64,000 nucleotides of DNA from Macrostomum lignano. Its lineage: Eukaryota. The notes below the pieces were generated by a model. That model did not search any database. It was given only the letters and a program-made list of their open reading frames with translations, and had not been told where the DNA came from. Shown here piece by piece: positions 47,201 to 57,151 of the stretch; the first letter of the stretch is position 1; the number at the start of each line of letters is the position of its first letter. The translations under genes were made by a program, and so were the position numbers. The stretch lies in NCBI GenBank assembly GCA_002269645.1, contig NIVC01000345.1:1-64000 (forward strand). Reading direction: 5' to 3'.

Positions 47201-50200
47201 GCCGGCCAAGCGGCAGCAGCAACCCGATCCCGAGCCTAACAAGGCTATTCGCGCTGCTGAGTCCGCCTCGCGCGGACGTAGACCCGCCCGCAGTAGCCGG
47301 CGGTCCGGTCTAATCCAGCGCGCACTTGACGAAGCTCAGTCTCTGAGACTTCACCTCGAGCAGACTCGTGCCGCTCGAAAAAACACTGAAAGCCAGCCGA
47401 GGGAACTGGACGACGGCACGGCTCAGCCTTCCAACTGGTGGGATTACCACCAGGAGGACGCTGCCGGCCGAGCTCAGACTCCCGACGGCGGGGCGCAAGG
47501 CGAAGGCAGCAGCCGTACCCCAGTCGCTGGGGAGGAGGGCGGTGTAGCGCGGCTAGGTGACTCACCTGCCGTGGGCGCCGTGTCCGCCTCCGCGGCGGCT
47601 GGGGAGGCGGCTGAGCCTGAGCCAATGGAAATTGGCGACTCAACTCTCACCGATGAGGCTGAGAATGAGTTGCTTTTCTCCTCCCCTGGACAGTAGACAT
47701 GACTGTCTCCCAGGGCATCCACTGCTTGCAGGTCAACCTGCAGCACAGCATTGCTGCTTCAGTCAACCTCTTGAAGCACACTGACCAATACGTGCCAGGG
47801 ATTATCCTTATCCAGGAACCTTGGACGCTTAGGGGCAGCCCCCAACATGTCCCCACCGGCTACCAGTGTTTAACCGCTGGTACCCGGGAGGGAAACCTGG
47901 CACCAAGATCCTGCATCATGGTGTCCAGTTCTATTAACGCATGGCTCAGATCAGACCTGTCCACCAGGGACATCTGTGTCATCCAGTCTGAAGACATACT
48001 CCCTGGGAGGACTACCCTCATCGCCTCGGTTTACCTACCGGGCGACGGCGAGATGATCCCAGTAGAGCTTGTCACACTGGTCGAGCTCTGCTCCACCAGA
48101 AACTATGAGCTGCTCGTGGCAGGTGACATCAATGCCCACCACACCCACTGGGGCAGTTCTGATATAAACCAGAGAGGTGAAGACTTCCTGGCTTATATTG
48201 CTACTACAACCCTTGAGTTCTGTAACTCGGGTAGTACCCCTACCTTCAATAACGGACGCCGATCGGAGGTGCTGGATGCCACCCTCGCCACGCCCAGGCT
48301 CTTCCAGAGCACTAGGGAATGGCGGGTGCTTCCTGAGGCGTCCCTCTCCGATCACAAGTTCATCTCTTTCACGCTGGCCAGCGCCCGTAACGCAGGCCAG
48401 CTTTACTGGAAACGGAATGCTAGGAATACCGACTGGACCGCCTTCAGGCTTGCCCTGGAGGAGACCTATCGTTGCACTAGCGCTCCAGTCTCCATCAACA
48501 CCTGCGAAGAAGCAGATGAATTTGCGGCCGCACTTACGGACTCGCTCACTGCTGCCTTCGAAGCCTCATGCCCACTAAAGGCATATAAAGGCAAACAGTC
48601 GGCCCCATGGTGGAACCCGCAGCTTGGCGACCTCCGTCGCAGAGCCAAAAGGCTTCACCGCAGGGCCCAAAAAACTAAAAACCCGGCCGACCAAACCGCC
48701 TACCTGAACTCTATCCACGAGTTCAAGAGGCAGGTTAGGAACGCCAAAACCAACAAGTGGCGCGAATACTGTGAGGAACTTGAGGGCTCCCGCCCCACCT
48801 CCAGAATCGTTAAAGCCCTCACCCTGGACAAAATGTCCAAACTCTCCTCAGTCAAGAGAGCCGACGGCTCGCTCACTGAGAACCCAGGAGAAACACTGGA
48901 AGCGATGCTAACAGCGTTTTTCCCGAACGAGCCAGCTAGGCCCGGCCCCCTGACCACTCAGTGGGCGGACACGTACTGGCTGACTCAATCATCACGGAGG
49001 ACCGCGTTACTAAAGCTGTCTCCTCCTTCAAACCCTTCAAATCCCCAGGACCGGACGGCGTTGTGCCAGCCTTCCTGCGGGAGGCGGTGAAATGCACCGG
49101 TTTCCTGCGGAACCTTTGCCGGCTTCTGAAAGCCTGCATTGTGCTCGGCTTTGTTCCGAAATCCTGGACCGAGGCCAAGGTGGTCTTTATCCCCAAGCCT
49201 GGCCGACCGGACTACCGGTCCATTAAATCCTTCAGACCAATTAGCCTCACCTCCTCATTGGTGAAGCTGTTAGAGAGACTGGTGCTCTGGCGCCTCCTCT
49301 CTGTGGAACTGAAGAACAAGCCGCTCAGTGAGAACCAGCATGCCTTTCGGGCAGGCAGGTCCACGGAGAGCGCGCTTCACGTTCTGGTTGACATGCTGGA
49401 GAAAGCCGTTCTTGGTAATGGCTACGCTCTCGCTGTCTTCCTCGACATTGTTGGAGCCTTCGATAATGTCCTCTTTGAGGCCTTTGACAGAGCTCTACGT
49501 GCTAGAGGAACCCACTCGCACCTCACCCGGTGGATCATGTATATGATCAGCCACCGTACTGCCACCGCACACCTGTTGGGCCACCAACGGACGGTAACCG
49601 TCTGCAAAGGCAGCCCCCAGGGCGGTGTCCTCTCTCCAGTTCTCTGGAACATGGTCATCGATGAGCTCCTCCAGGACAGCCATCTTGACCCCATCCTCAA
49701 GGTCGGTTACGCCGATGATGTCACAGCCGTGGCATCCGGACCGTCACCTGAAACCCTTAGAGATCTTTTGCAAAACTTCATTCGCTCTGCTGAACGTTGG
49801 GCGGACAGGTGCGGCCTCAGGCTCTCCGAGACCAAAACTGTCGCGATCATGTTCACCAGCAGGGTAAACTGGCGTATTCGCCCACTAAAGCTTTACGGGG
49901 TGGAAATTCCATCCTGCAAGCAAACCAAGTGTCTCGGCGTTACGCTGGACCACCGGCTGAGCTGGTCCACCCACGTCCAGGCCAAAACCAAAAAAGCCCT
50001 CGCGATTCTTGCGCAGCTGCGCAGAGCCGTCGGCACCACCTGGGGCCTCACCCCAAAGCGTCTCTGGTGGATCTATACCGCAATGGTCCGACCGGCCGTT
50101 ACATACGCCGGCCTGGTCTGGACCAGCGCCTTGCAGATTAAAACCTGCCACGAAGCCCTCAAAAAGGTGCAGGGACGTGCGTGCCGCATGATCCTGAATG

Positions 50201-53200
50201 CCCCGCTCTCTGCTCCCTTTGACGGCCTCAACGCCTTTCTCTGCCTCCCGCCTCTGGACATCTTTGTCCGTCGCGAGGCTGCTAAAACCACCCGCCGGCT
50301 CATCGAGGCTGGTGTTAGCTTCAAGCCACAAAGAGCGATGGCGAAGCGCAAGCTCCTGCCGCACTCTGACCTGTGCCTTAAAGTTCTGGAGGAGAGTGGG
50401 AGTGCGGCTGTCCTTTCGGACGCTGAACCGCGCTCCCTCAACCTCTACCAACGCTTCAAGGTCACGATCCCCTCCAGGGAGAACGCCAACGACAGCTGGG
50501 CCCCTCAGGAGGTTCACTGCTTCACTGACGGATCCTCCAAAGACGGTTTATCCGGCTTTGGAGTCTGCATCCTTATCAACGGCCGCGTGATTGCTACTCA
50601 CGCCCAACACACTGGCAGACTCTCCAGCGTCTTCCAGAATGAAGTCCTTGCCATCAGCTCCTGTGCAGCTGAGCTCCACCGCAAGGACTTCAAGGACAGA
50701 AGAATCTTCTTCCACTCTGACAGCCAGGCCGCTTTACAGGCCCTGTGTCACACCACTACGAACTCCCGAACAGTCCGCGACTGTATCGGGCAGCTCAACA
50801 AGCTGGCTCGGAGGAACACCGTCCGGCTCACGTGGATCCCAGGACACGCCGGCTTCAAAGGTAACGAGCTCGCCGACTCCCTCGCTAAGGCGGGCTGTTC
50901 CGGCTCGCCCCTTGGCCCCGTGCCCCTGGCCCCCATCCCCGCCACAGTCATTAATCGTCAGATTAACGACTGGGCGGACATCCTGCACTTGCGCAGATGG
51001 GATGGTATCTCCAACTGCCGCCAATCTCGTGCGGCAGTGCCCAATCCGTCCCTCAAGCTGCGGAGAATCCTTTTGAATCAAAATCGAAAAGATATCCGCG
51101 CTCTCACTATGACCTTCACAGGTCACGGTTGCTTTGCCAGGCACTGCTTCCTCCGATGTGTTCGCCGGAGTGAACTCTGCCCCTTCTGCAGCCTCGAGAA
51201 TGAAGATGCCATGCACTTCGTCTGCTACTGCCCGGCCTTCAACCGAGACCGGCTCAACCACCTCGGGCCCAACCCGTCCCTGGACGACGTTTGCCGGCCC
51301 GAGAACATCCCACGGCTCATCCGGTTCCTCCGGGCCACCAAGCGAGCCTCCGTCTTCCCCACCGAAGACAACGCTGCAGACAGGACCGGCAGACCTCCCT
51401 GACCGGCCCCGCGCCCTAGCCTATGCGGGTCTTTCAGGGATTAGCGGAATGGGCGACGCTCGCCTCCCCGCTGCGTCTTCGGACCGCCCTGCAGCTAAGT
51501 CAAGTAAGTCAAACGTTGTGGAAAAATGCCCGCCGGGAGTAAAAAGCTGTTTCCGAGCCCAATCCACTGATGGGGTAAGTCGGTTTGATAAGCATACTTG
51601 TTTTTTGATGTGTGTGATGTAAAGTGTGTAACTCATTTGTTTTCTAATTTTTAATGGAGCCCGTGAAAAGTCGGTTTAATTAATTTCATTGGCTAGAAAT
51701 TTTCTTTTAAACTGATGGAATATACACGTCTTTGTGTCCGCTGAATCTTGACACACTTGACTTAGCTGCAGGGCTGTCCCAGAGGGGAGGCACAGCGAGA
51801 AGACGCGAACGCCCATTCCGCTAATCCCTGAACGGCCGACGTGTCGCTATAGATGATTGATTATCCATAGTCGGCTCGAAGGCCATGATAAAAGGTTGGT
51901 GGGCTACCCTCGAAGGGGCGCGGTACCCACCCGGCCGCTCCACCTGATCGGGCAGTAGGCCAAAAGAACCCTCAAGGCTGGCCCGACACCAGGAGGGGGA
52001 CCACTTGCGACCGGACAACTCCCCGGCCTTCCAGCCTATCGGCACGAGTAGCCTTAGGCATGCCTTAGGCCTTAGGCATTAGAGCGTACGTTGAGCAGTA
52101 CCACGGCCCGCATACCCAAGTTCGGCAAAAGCCACTGAATGGTCCCCAGCGCCGGAGCCCAGTCTATCCGGCAGCCCTAGGGTCTGCCTTGAACACTCGC
52201 GGCCCGAACGGATACCCCTGAGTCGGCTTGCGAGACAGCGTGGAGGGGGGGTCTGCGGCTGCCAGCGGCAAATCTAGGGTGCAGACCTCCCACCAGTCTT
52301 TACCTGCTGAAGATAACGGCATGGTCTGTCTCATACTTCACTATCATGCTGAATATGCCCCTGCGAGCAAATCACTTCATAGAGAACCGTGAAAATGCAT
52401 ACAGGAAAAATAATATTTCCGGGTTTTTTCCTGGTAGAAATTAATATCACGATAAAATTAGTTAAAAACGAAACTCTATTTAAATATCTTGAGCATGCGT
52501 TCCACTGAATCGATGATAAAACGACACAAAAAATACGTATACACATGTATCTAGAACCAAATTGTCAAACTACACCAGTATAATTTAATATCGAAACTTT
52601 CCAGTAGTGTATGCACTATTCATATCGCAGTTTCTTTAAGAGTCTTACATTGATTCCTCATATTGTTCATGTTAAAATATATTTAATGTTCTTTAAGGAA
52701 TTTGACAGAAAATTTAATTGATAGTCAAATTAATTTTAAGGCGGTATTCATTGCTGCCTGCGGGAATTGCGAGCCGTTCAATTCTCACATCAAAGGAGCA
52801 GCCGAGGGTGTCACTTGCAAGGCCTGCGGCACGGAACGGTGCAATTCGGCCCAACCGCCGGAAAAAGCTGGTGAGAATTTATATTCAGAAACTGACATAC
52901 TGTAAAAGGAAATTTACACAAAAGCACATAGGGCATTCGTATCGTATGCAGTTTTATAGAAAATATTATAGATAACACACTTAAACCGACGCAGAGTTAG
53001 TCAATTAATTTGAGAGCGACTAAATCGGAAGATTTTATTGTGTCCAAAGATGACGTCATAATCACTAGTTGATGTTGGACACGTCAATAATAACGTCATG
53101 CATCACGGATGTACTAGTCCGTGTTTAACCCGTTCCATAGGGAGACAGCTAGCAGTCCGATGTCTAAATTGATATTTATAATCTTTAACCTAATTTATAC

Positions 53201-56200
53201 CACAATTTAATACGCGTCTATTTAACGTACATGTACGAGCGTATCTTATTATCAGCCACTGAAGGCATCGAGTGTAACATTAACTTTGGAACCGGCGCTA
53301 GCACGACGGTGAAATGTGGAGCAACAGTCCGGTCCTGTTTCCGAGCTGAGCTAAAGGACGGGGTAGGACTATTCGGGGTGTGAATTTTATTCAGCAGCAA
53401 AGCAACTATAGAAGTAATTTATCTACAAAAATTACTCTGCAATTTCAGAAGGAATTCGCCTCTTGTGGCGATTGCAATGGGGCTACTGCTCTGTTTGGGC
53501 GTATTGGAAATTTGGTCAGGTGCGATGCCTGTTTTACTGATCGATGCGGTTCAATGCAAGGTAAGAAGTACTATACTAGTAACAGTGTCCCCTGACTGAC
53601 TCGTATATTACGGTCGTAATTTTACCAGTAAAATACCGGTATCCATCTGAGTGATTAGCGATATGGCCAATGTGTAAATATTTTAATTGTTAACTGAAAA
53701 AACGATACCAATAATGAGGTCGCTACACTTCAGCCGTCAAACTTGCATCGAGACTCGCGTGTTACACCTATGCCAGCAAAACTTTAAGAACGGAGATAGG
53801 ATGCAGCCCCGGACAGACGAGCTGTTTTCTGGCTGAATTCAGTAGCGGGGTAATTCAAGGCCTACTAATCGCTGTTTCATTGTAGTAGATAAAGCTGTAT
53901 TGATAACTTTAGTAATTTCCAAGCAATTTTACCTTACAAATCTTTTCAGTCTGTCTCAGGTGGTTGCGGAGACTGCTCCCGTAGTAAGACTTTTGCTAAT
54001 GGTATGAGACAGTCTGTCAATTGCAGCACCTGTACCACAGACAAGTGCAATACGTTTTCGTCAACATCTGGAGCTGGTAAGTAGCTCGTAGTACCTAACT
54101 GCTTTTGGTATGCTATTTTAGAATAGAGATGATAAAGTAAAGATAGTTTGAGCCATAGACAACATGCAAATTTTTTACTGAGAAACCCGCGACTGAAAGA
54201 CAACAATTTTCAAGCCTGCATACGATTGGGCATCAAAATTGAGAGTCACTATGATTGAATACCTCAAGGAGCATCTTCGGTTGATTGCAAGCAATTTTTG
54301 TTCTAGGAATTAGCAAAAGAAGTCACTAGTGCAGACTGATGTTTATCGAATCGTTTGAAAATATATAGGAACGGATATCCTTGTGTTCTAGAGTCCTAGA
54401 GATGTGCTAGATTAGATTTCTCAGTAGAGTTTCTCAGTTAGAAATGTGCCTGCTAGGGTGCAACCCTTTGGTTATCTGTTTTCTTAATTAGCACAACGGA
54501 AGTAATACTCATTCTTTAACTCTTTCTTTAAGCCGATTAACTGGCATAAAAGTCTATTAATTGCCTCCCACGTTCTTGTAACGGTCATTATCATGTACTA
54601 TAAAAACACGTTTTCAGCCGCAGCTGGCCCAGCACCTGTACTGACATGCTATGCACACTCAAACACTGCCGCAAAAATCGAACAGAGCTGTCCTGGATTC
54701 AATAAGTGCTATTTGGCTATTTACGGTAGTGGGGTGAGTCGACGCACAGATGTCAACGCGCATTGTTATTTAAACAGAAAGTCAGTTGTTCGATGTGTTT
54801 GATTTTTTTTCAGGCGGAATCGGGTAATTGTGGAGACTGCTCCCTGATCGAGTCTGCAGCTAAACTTACAGGACAAACAATCAAATGTAGCACCTGCAGC
54901 ACAGACAAGTGTAATGCGGGCTCGTCTACAGGTGCCATCGGCGCCGGCGGTGAGTGCCAATATACGATAATTTTTTAACTAGCTATGGGAATGGAGACAA
55001 TTATCCTATATACGTCTAGAACCATTCCCTAGGCGCACTTATCTCGGTTTTAAAGGTTCCTTAGCATGAAAACACGCATATACCTACCGACAGACCATTT
55101 TTAGTACTTGGAAGTTGGGCCTACGAGCTAAACTTTCTTGCCTTCTCACTGCCTTTGATTTGCGGTAGTGCAGAGTGCTCACCTACAAACTAAAATATTT
55201 CCTGTGGATAAAAAAACAACAGTTTCAGGGCCTGGAAGTGCATCGGCCCTCACGTGCTACTTATTTGACTACAAAAGCAACGGACAACCCACTGAGCAGA
55301 AATGTTTTACAGGTCGAGAGTGTATGACAGTTTTCCATGATAAAAAAGTAAGTCAGCCTAAGTCTTCAAGGAATGAATAAAGATACTTCAAGTTAATTTT
55401 CCTTTGTTTCTTTGCTATTATAGGCCATGTCGGGTGCTTGCGGAGACTGCTCGATTATCAATAGTGCAGTCAAGAAGATGGCGGTAAATTCGATAACATG
55501 CACAACCTGCAGCAAAGACAAGTGCAACTCAGGCTGGTCGAATAGCGGAGCTGGTGGTGAGCTTATCAGACGTTCGGGTGACATGTTCAACCTTTTTTTC
55601 AAGAATAGTTGGTAAAAACAAACAATACGTGCATGAATTGCAGGATGCACCAGGGGCTTTAGCACCAGGGGCTTTAGCACCAGGGGCTTTAGCACCAGGG
55701 GCTTTAGCACCAGGGGCTTTAGCACCAGGGGCTTTAGCACCAGGGGCTTTAGCACCAGGGGCTTTAGCACCAGGGGCTTTAGCACCAGGGGCTTTAGCAC
55801 CAGGGGCTTTAGCACCAGGGGCTTTAGCACCAGGGGCTTTAGCACCAGGGGCTTTAGCACCAGGGGCTTTAGCACCAGGGGCTTTAGCACCAGGGGCTTT
55901 AGCACCAGGGGCTTTAGCACCAGGGGCTTTAGCACCAGGGGCTTTAGCACCAGGGGCTTTAGCACCAGGGGCTTTAGCACCAGGGGCTTTAGCACCAGGG
56001 GCTTTAGCACCAGGGGCTTTAGCACCAGGGGCTTTAGCACCAGGGGCTTTAGCACCAGGGGCTTTAGCACCAGGGGCTTTAGCACCAGGGGCTTTAGCAC
56101 CAGGGGCTTTAGCACCAGGGGCTTTAGCACCAGGGGCTTTAGCACCAGGGGCTTTAGCACCAGGGGCTTTAGCACCAGGGGCGCCAGCACCAGGGGCTTT

Positions 56201-57151
56201 AGCACCAGGGGCTTTAGCACCAGGGGCGCCAGCAGCAACAGTCGCTTTAGCACCAGGGGCGCCAGGAGCAACAGTCGTTAGCAGCGACAAAGCTACAAAA
56301 GGAGGGCAACGTATTCCTTTATCAAATTCATTGCTCTCACCTCGCGATTCAGCCCCTTCGCTTTAGGTTTTTGAGCACTAAATATTGCTTAGTGTTAATT
56401 CGATGCGTATTTACATTTTAGTGTCTGCATCGGCTCCAGGATTCAAGTGCTACGTGTTTAACAACGGCAGTGGGAAAATGACTGATAAATGCAGTTCGCC
56501 TCTTAGCTGCCTGCTTTCCAAATATAATAATGGGAACGGTGATGTAAGTCACAAGTGTCCTGTCGGAGTATTGTGATTTCTACAAGTAAAAAATCAACCT
56601 CAACTCCCTTTAAGCTTGTGCTTGATAGTTGGATGGAAGTTTTCGTATGATTCCATCATTGAGGGCCATTCCCCAAATGCACAGAGGGTACGTCACAGCC
56701 TGACGATTAGAAAGCCGGGGCCGCTGTACACTTGTGTGAGCGTGTCTATGAGTGCGTGCCTGCGTACAGTATTGAAGCACTTGGTATACGTGTAGGCAGG
56801 AGTCACAGGAATGGGCAGATATAAAAGCGCTGCTTTTGGGACGATTCATTTACTGTGGGAAATGTATATAGCGTCGAGACGTCTCATTTATTAGCAACAT
56901 GAATGTCTTTGCAGATTTTTGAAGGCAGATGTGGAGACTGCGCCGCGATAAACGCCATGGGCAAGATAACAGGAGTGAAAGTCGAGTGTCACAGCTGCAA
57001 AACTGACCTGTGCAACTCTGTTGAAGAATTCAAGAGAATCAGCAGTGCCAAGTCTGATGAGCAAAGCAGCGCTTCCTCGGTACAATACGGCAATATTGAA
57101 ACCATTGGCATAAATGTATTTTTGGCTGTAGCTGTATTTGCTTATGCTTGA
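38242..57151 (+). CDS. Secreted, probably GPI-anchored protein with 12 tandem three-finger (Ly6/uPAR-like, CxxC-x4-CN ending) modules, ~1004 aa
   Basis: Signal exon 38242-38302 ([20 protein letters not shown]). Module exon pairs: 38791-38894/38990-39119, 40585-40682/40763-40889, 41787-41881/41959-42088, 42242-42363/42449-42587, 43101-43198/43579-43708, 44601-44710/44803-44920, 45685-45782/52741-52870, 53256-53362/53449-53560, 53734-53849/53950-54076, 54618-54733/54814-54949, 55229-55347/55424-55556, 56422-56543/56915-57151. All are GT-AG and in frame (3015 nt). a-exons carry 3 Cys; b-exons carry CGxC...CxxCxxxxC(N). The last exon ends in a Ser-rich spacer and hydrophobic tail (SSASS...[15 protein letters not shown]). 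Confidence 0.85.
39352..40100 (+). mobile_element. Tc1/mariner-family internal-deletion derivative
   Basis: ~150-bp terminal inverted repeats (TACCTTTTTACG... / ...CGTAAAAAGGTA) with TA on both flanks. Internal HTH transposase remnant from ATG 39511 ([19 protein letters not shown]... [17 protein letters not shown]), frameshifted in a G run and lacking the DDE domain. Confidence 0.82.
45012..45517. repeat. 14-bp minisatellite (GACAGTGACCAAGA)
   Basis: Direct reading. Confidence 0.93.
46302..47696 (+). CDS. LINE ORF1 (gag-like nucleic-acid chaperone), N-terminally truncated
   Basis: Stop-free frame from the 5' junction with no ATG start. Basic N-terminus ([16 protein letters not shown]), central globular core, and a stop 2 nt before the ORF2 ATG. 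Confidence 0.8.
   Translation, partial: DHPGRQSSRPRTAESRRQRNIRRNRKRQEKRAAAASEEGTQAAVRPSGATAAGRPSGESGGAAGPSGTAVSSGSQGGNPAGLPPSKDKAAPLKTSESYASKVKQPLQPAVMILGGDFDLTPEQLDVAWRTIDEGLLNLTLEGVFVDIVKSTKANGCILLWCKSEESTQLLRDQLPKFDWHSDLGQLTFALESERPKTIRHRIWVPADSAIKSGEQLRQLLLKRHPDLDASGLVYHSTVRKGTTGATVILGLTEGWAKRLPHGTNLHLGLHQLTILRCEEGKVETKKDGKRAAPGAGAHAPPAKRQQQPDPEPNKAIRAAESASRGRRPARSSRRSGLIQRALDEAQSLRLHLEQTRAARKNTESQPRELDDGTAQPSNWWDYHQEDAAGRAQTPDGGAQGEGSSRTPVAGEEGGVARLGDSPAVGAVSASAAAGEAAEPEPMEIGDSTLTDEAENELLFSSPGQ
47699..51402 (+). CDS. LINE ORF2 (APE-RT-RNase H), split by one frameshift
   Basis: ORF-track entries 47699..49090 and 48961..51402 join if one C is added to the C5 run at 48946-48950 (giving ...[19 protein letters not shown]...). 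Confidence 0.88.
51511..52091 (+). repeat. 581-bp direct duplication of 45719-46299 flanking the LINE
   Basis: The two copies look identical by eye at offset 5792, from AAACGTTGTGG to GAGCGTACGT. The segment includes the 3' part of module-7 exon a and its donor. Confidence 0.93.
51747..52347 (-). mobile_element. 601-bp non-autonomous retroelement (SINE-like) sharing the LOA LINE 3' tail
   Basis: Flanked by GCTGAAT direct repeats (51740-51746 and 52348-52354). On the minus strand it ends ...CAGGGATTAGCGGAATGGGCG...GCCCTGCAGCTAAGTCAAG, matching the LINE 3' UTR (~51435-51504). No coding capacity. A partial copy lies at 45955-46299. Confidence 0.8.
55647..56280. repeat. 15-bp minisatellite (GGGGCTTTAGCACCA), same unit as the 30.4 kb array
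   Basis: Direct reading. Confidence 0.93.
56640..56830 (+). mobile_element. Diverged SINE copy in last intron of the three-finger gene
   Basis: GGGGCCGCTGTACACTTGTGTGAG ... GGAATGGGCAG match the SINE body. Confidence 0.5.

Larger units (their letters stand above)
46300..51510 (+). mobile_element. LOA-clade (I/R1 group) non-LTR retrotransposon, 5'-truncated, near-intact
   Basis: ORF1 is open from the 5' junction to TAG 47696 with a DUF4780-like ORF1 core. ORF2 from 47699 has APE (QVNLQH, IQEPW, GDINAHH, SDH), RT (KSPGPDG, FRPISL, QGGVLSP, YADD), RNase H ([27 protein letters not shown]) and a C-terminal CPFC..H..C knuckle. The 3' tail is CTAAGTCAAGTAAGTC. Confidence 0.92.

Noticed and set aside
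46592-51261. Many overlapping 60-210 aa ORFs within the LINE
   Set aside because: Alternative-frame and antisense shadows of GC-rich ORF1/ORF2.
52235-52347. HDV-like ribozyme call at the head of the 601-bp element
   Set aside because: CTCCACG resembles L3, but I could not build P3, P1.1 or P2 pairing by eye. Kept only as an untested possibility.
55393-56366. ORFs of 250-290 aa (LKPLV, GAKAP and GALAP repeats), and similar ones at 30.2-30.9, 33.8-34.6 and 44.9-45.6 kb
   Set aside because: Minisatellite translations open in several frames; the arrays sit in introns or intergenic DNA.
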